A DNA stretch of 64,000 bases from Paramoeba atlantica. Its lineage: Eukaryota > Protista > Discosea. The notes under the pieces are model-generated. The model saw only the letters and a list, made by a program, of their open reading frames with translations. It was not told where the DNA came from and searched no databases. Below are positions 60,991 through 64,000 of the stretch, piece after piece (within the stretch, counting starts at the first letter, position 1; the number at the start of each line of letters is the position of its first letter). The DNA lies in the NCBI GenBank assembly GCA_977017575.1, contig CDRNVI010000141.1, forward strand, positions 1 to 64,000, in the 5' to 3' direction. A program made the position numbers and the translations under genes.

Positions 60991-61769
60991 GTCTTGGAGG
61001 GAGTTAAGAAAGTAAAAGAGGGATGGATTGATTTTGTTAAATTTGTCAAAGAAAAAAGAAGGTACAGCAACAAATTGAAGAGGAATTTAATAGTGAAAAG
61101 GAGCTTTGGGGGGAGGAGTGAGGAGTTACTGAGTGACTACATGGAGAAGAGTTTTTCTGGGTTCAATATACATCCAAAATGAATGGAGAAGATATTATTA
61201 AAGAAGGAATTGTGAAGGGTTATATCTAAGTTGTTTCTTTAAGTTTTGAAGACTGTGGATCAAACTGTAAGGGGTTACAGTGATTAGGAAGATAGTTGAA
61301 GAAGTGAAGATTAATAGTAAATATTGAAAAATCTGCAAACTCTCCAACTTCTAAGATGAGAAATTGAGGAGTTTTATGGTGTTTAATAAGATGAATGTTT
61401 ACTTTGGGCTTAAAGAAGGGGTATTTTCATGAAAAATTGTTAAGAAAGGCAGCAAGGTGAGTTGAAGCAGTGTTGATCAACACAAAATCAGAAAAAAAGA
61501 AATATAATTTGAGGTATGAGGTTCTATTGTTTGGTTTCACTCTCTCCACTTTACTCAAATAATTAAAAGTAACTTAGTTTTGCTTGTTTTTACACTTTTT
61601 ACAAACACTTTCCTTTAATTAATTTATCTTATTATCTTTGTTTTTAAGTAAGAAATTTGAATTTAAAAAGATTGATTTTGAGATTATTTCTTTTTTTTTT
61701 TTTTTTTTTTTATTCTTTTTTCTCTATTTTTTCTTTTTTATTTTTTTCTCTTTTTTCATTTTTCATTTT

Positions 61770-62830
61770 TTCATTTTTGATTATTTTCCAATCACTTTTT
61801 TCAATGTATAAATCAATATTTGTATTATTTTCATTTTTTCTCAATTGTTATTTAGTTTTTGATGTTTAAAATTTAGTTACCAGACAAGTTACAAATAAAA
61901 TTGTACTTTTTACATAATTTTACAATCTATTTGACTTATTTACAAAAAAAAAAATATATTTCCCTTTGTTTTTGATTATTTCCCAACCACTTTTTCAATG
62001 TCTATTTGTATTATTTTCATTTTTAGAAAATTGTTATTCAATTTTTGATGTTTAAAAGTTCATTTCCAGACAAGTTACAAATAAAATTGTATTTTTTACA
62101 TAATTTTACAATCTATTTGATTTATTTACAAAAAAAAAAACATATTTCCCTTTGTTTTTGATTATTTTCCAATCACTTTTTTCAATGTATAAATCAATAT
62201 TTGTATTATTTTCATTTTTTCTCAATTGTTATTTAGTTTTTGATGTTTAAAATTTAGTTACCAGACAAGTTACAAATAAAATTGTACTTTTTACATAATT
62301 TTACAATCTATTTGACTTATTTACAAAAAAAAAAATATATTTCCCTTTGTTTTTGATTATTTCCCAACCACTTTTTCAATGTCTATTTGTATTATTTTCA
62401 TTTTTAGAAAATTGTTATTCAATTTTTGATGTTTAAAAGTTCATTTCCAGACAAGTTACAAATAAAATTGTATTTTTTACATAATTTTACAATCTATTAA
62501 ATCTATTTACAAAAAAAAATTAGAAAATTGAAAAATTGAAAAACTGGAAAACTGGAAAACTGGAAAATTGGAAAATTGGAAAATTGGAAAATTGGAAAAT
62601 TGGAAAATTGGAAAATTGGAAAATTGGAAAATTGGAAAATTGGAAAATTGGAAAATTGAAAAATTAAAAGAATTAAACTTGAAACCTCAAAAATGAAAAA
62701 TTGAAGAAAAGGACAACTAAACTATCATACTCATCTCTAAAAAAACAAAAAAACAAGCTAGTTAATGGAATCAGTTTAATTTTTTATTTTTCTTTTTTAC
62801 AATTATTTCTTTTGTATTAATTTTTTAGAG
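61770..62830. repeat. Tandem 186/195-bp units (381-bp dimer), TTGGAAAA octamer array (62521-62670) and conserved tail
   Basis: CCAGACAAGTTACAAATAAAATTG at 61880, 62066, 62261 and 62447. Confidence 0.92.
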
Positions 62831-64000
62831 TTTTTTTCAAAGAAAACAATAAATCATTGCAAATATTAAATTTTTAAAGAATTTGTAATATTATTGATAA
62901 GGTGAGGGAGTTTCAAAAAGAAAAAAATAAAAATAAGAAGAAAAAGATTGTTAAATATAGTTCTTTTTTTTAAATATTCATCCCAATCAAGATTCATTTC
63001 TCTCAAAGCTTTTCTTTTTCAGAATAAAGAAATATCAATTAAAAATTTCCAACATTGGAGTCACTAGAGAGTTAATTGTTGTAGAAGTGTCAAGAAGATT
63101 TTCTATCCATTGTATAAAGAAGAAAAGCATTAAGAGGGATGGGTTTGAGAGTAATTTTAGTGGTAAAGTAGAAAGTTGAAATAGAATCAGTGAGGAAAAG
63201 AAAAATGTAAAGAAAATGAAAAGGAAGAAAAAGTTTCTTAAGATCTCATACAAAGAGCACAAAGGAATTGAGCAACTCAATGTATTTCAAGAACCAACTT
63301 TAGAGGAAAGAAAAATCTTTGATAGAACACAACAAAAGGTTTTTTTTTAATTGCAATGTTTTTAGTAATATTGCTCAATGGAAGGTTCAACTTGTTCTTC
63401 AAGGATATTATATGAAAGAAGGAAATCCATTATTATAACAAGATATTTTCTCCCTGCACCCACCTTGAAAGTATCTGAATGCTTATTGCTCTTGTTACAC
63501 AAAAAAAAATGCTTATCTGAATAAAGAAAAATGGAAAAACTTGTTTTCACTCATTTACCTCTTTTCTACACTAGAACAAAATCAATGGAAATTCTCTTGG
63601 AAAAGATGGTAATGTTGTTGTACTTCATAAAGCCTCAAATGCTGGAAGAATATGGAACATCTATTTTGACAAGTATCTCAAATTGATTGATTATATTCCT
63701 TCTCCAAACAAATCTGCTCTATATACCATCACACCAATAGATCAATTATTGCTCTTTGGGTCACAATAACATCTTTATTACTGGTCCTAACAACAACCAC
63801 ACCACAAAGACTCTTGCATAGCTTCACAAAGAATTCCAAGTTAAAACTTTCAAGCAAGTTTCTTACACATTCAGTATCTCCTTCCAAATCTGCAAAGATG
63901 AATCTTACTTCCTCTCCCAAACTGCTATAATTAAAAACCTCTTGAACTCTCTTGGTTTGTCAACACACCAGGAACACAGAATACCCACACTTTCTTTGGA

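Noticed and set aside
30465-62670. CRISPR-like or variant-telomere arrays (octamer arrays, 15-bp and 23-bp repeats)
   Set aside because: They are head-to-tail repeats with no unique spacers, and TTGGAAAA is not derivable from TTTAGGG by simple variation.
62900-64000. Possible coding remnant at the window end
   Set aside because: Only short broken frames with no motif I can recognise; left unannotated.

Overview
Left end of a chromosome from an AT-rich eukaryote; the organism cannot be identified from the sequence. A (CCCTAAA)n telomere (1-636) is joined directly to the broken 3' end of an LTR element. About 30 kb of nested, decayed L1/Tx1-like non-LTR retrotransposons follow, in three families (here A, B, F). 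A and B encode APE-RT-CCHC plus an archaeal/plant-type RNase H; F is interrupted before that point. They are interspersed with two tRNA-derived SINE families (C, D), several with about 15-bp TSDs, and a solo LTR. Then come a decayed Ty3/Gypsy element (about 30.9-36.4 kb) and a low-complexity region holding PB1-domain and ADF/cofilin pseudogenes, a foldback element, a CACTA-type MITE, an LRR gene with one exon per repeat and RT remnants. A 3.7-kb Crypton-like tyrosine-recombinase unit carrying a PB1/coiled-coil gene, a gag-only repeat-flanked element and tandem repeats end the window. No clearly intact host gene was found. Two observations stand out. (1) Eight loxP/att-like sites (inverted arms around an asymmetric 7-bp core) bound the recombinase unit and also bracket host-gene-derived cargo 12-16 kb away. 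(2) An oligo(A) tract lies immediately upstream of every visible LINE 5' end. All family names are my own labels, and all homology calls are by motif recognition, not database search.
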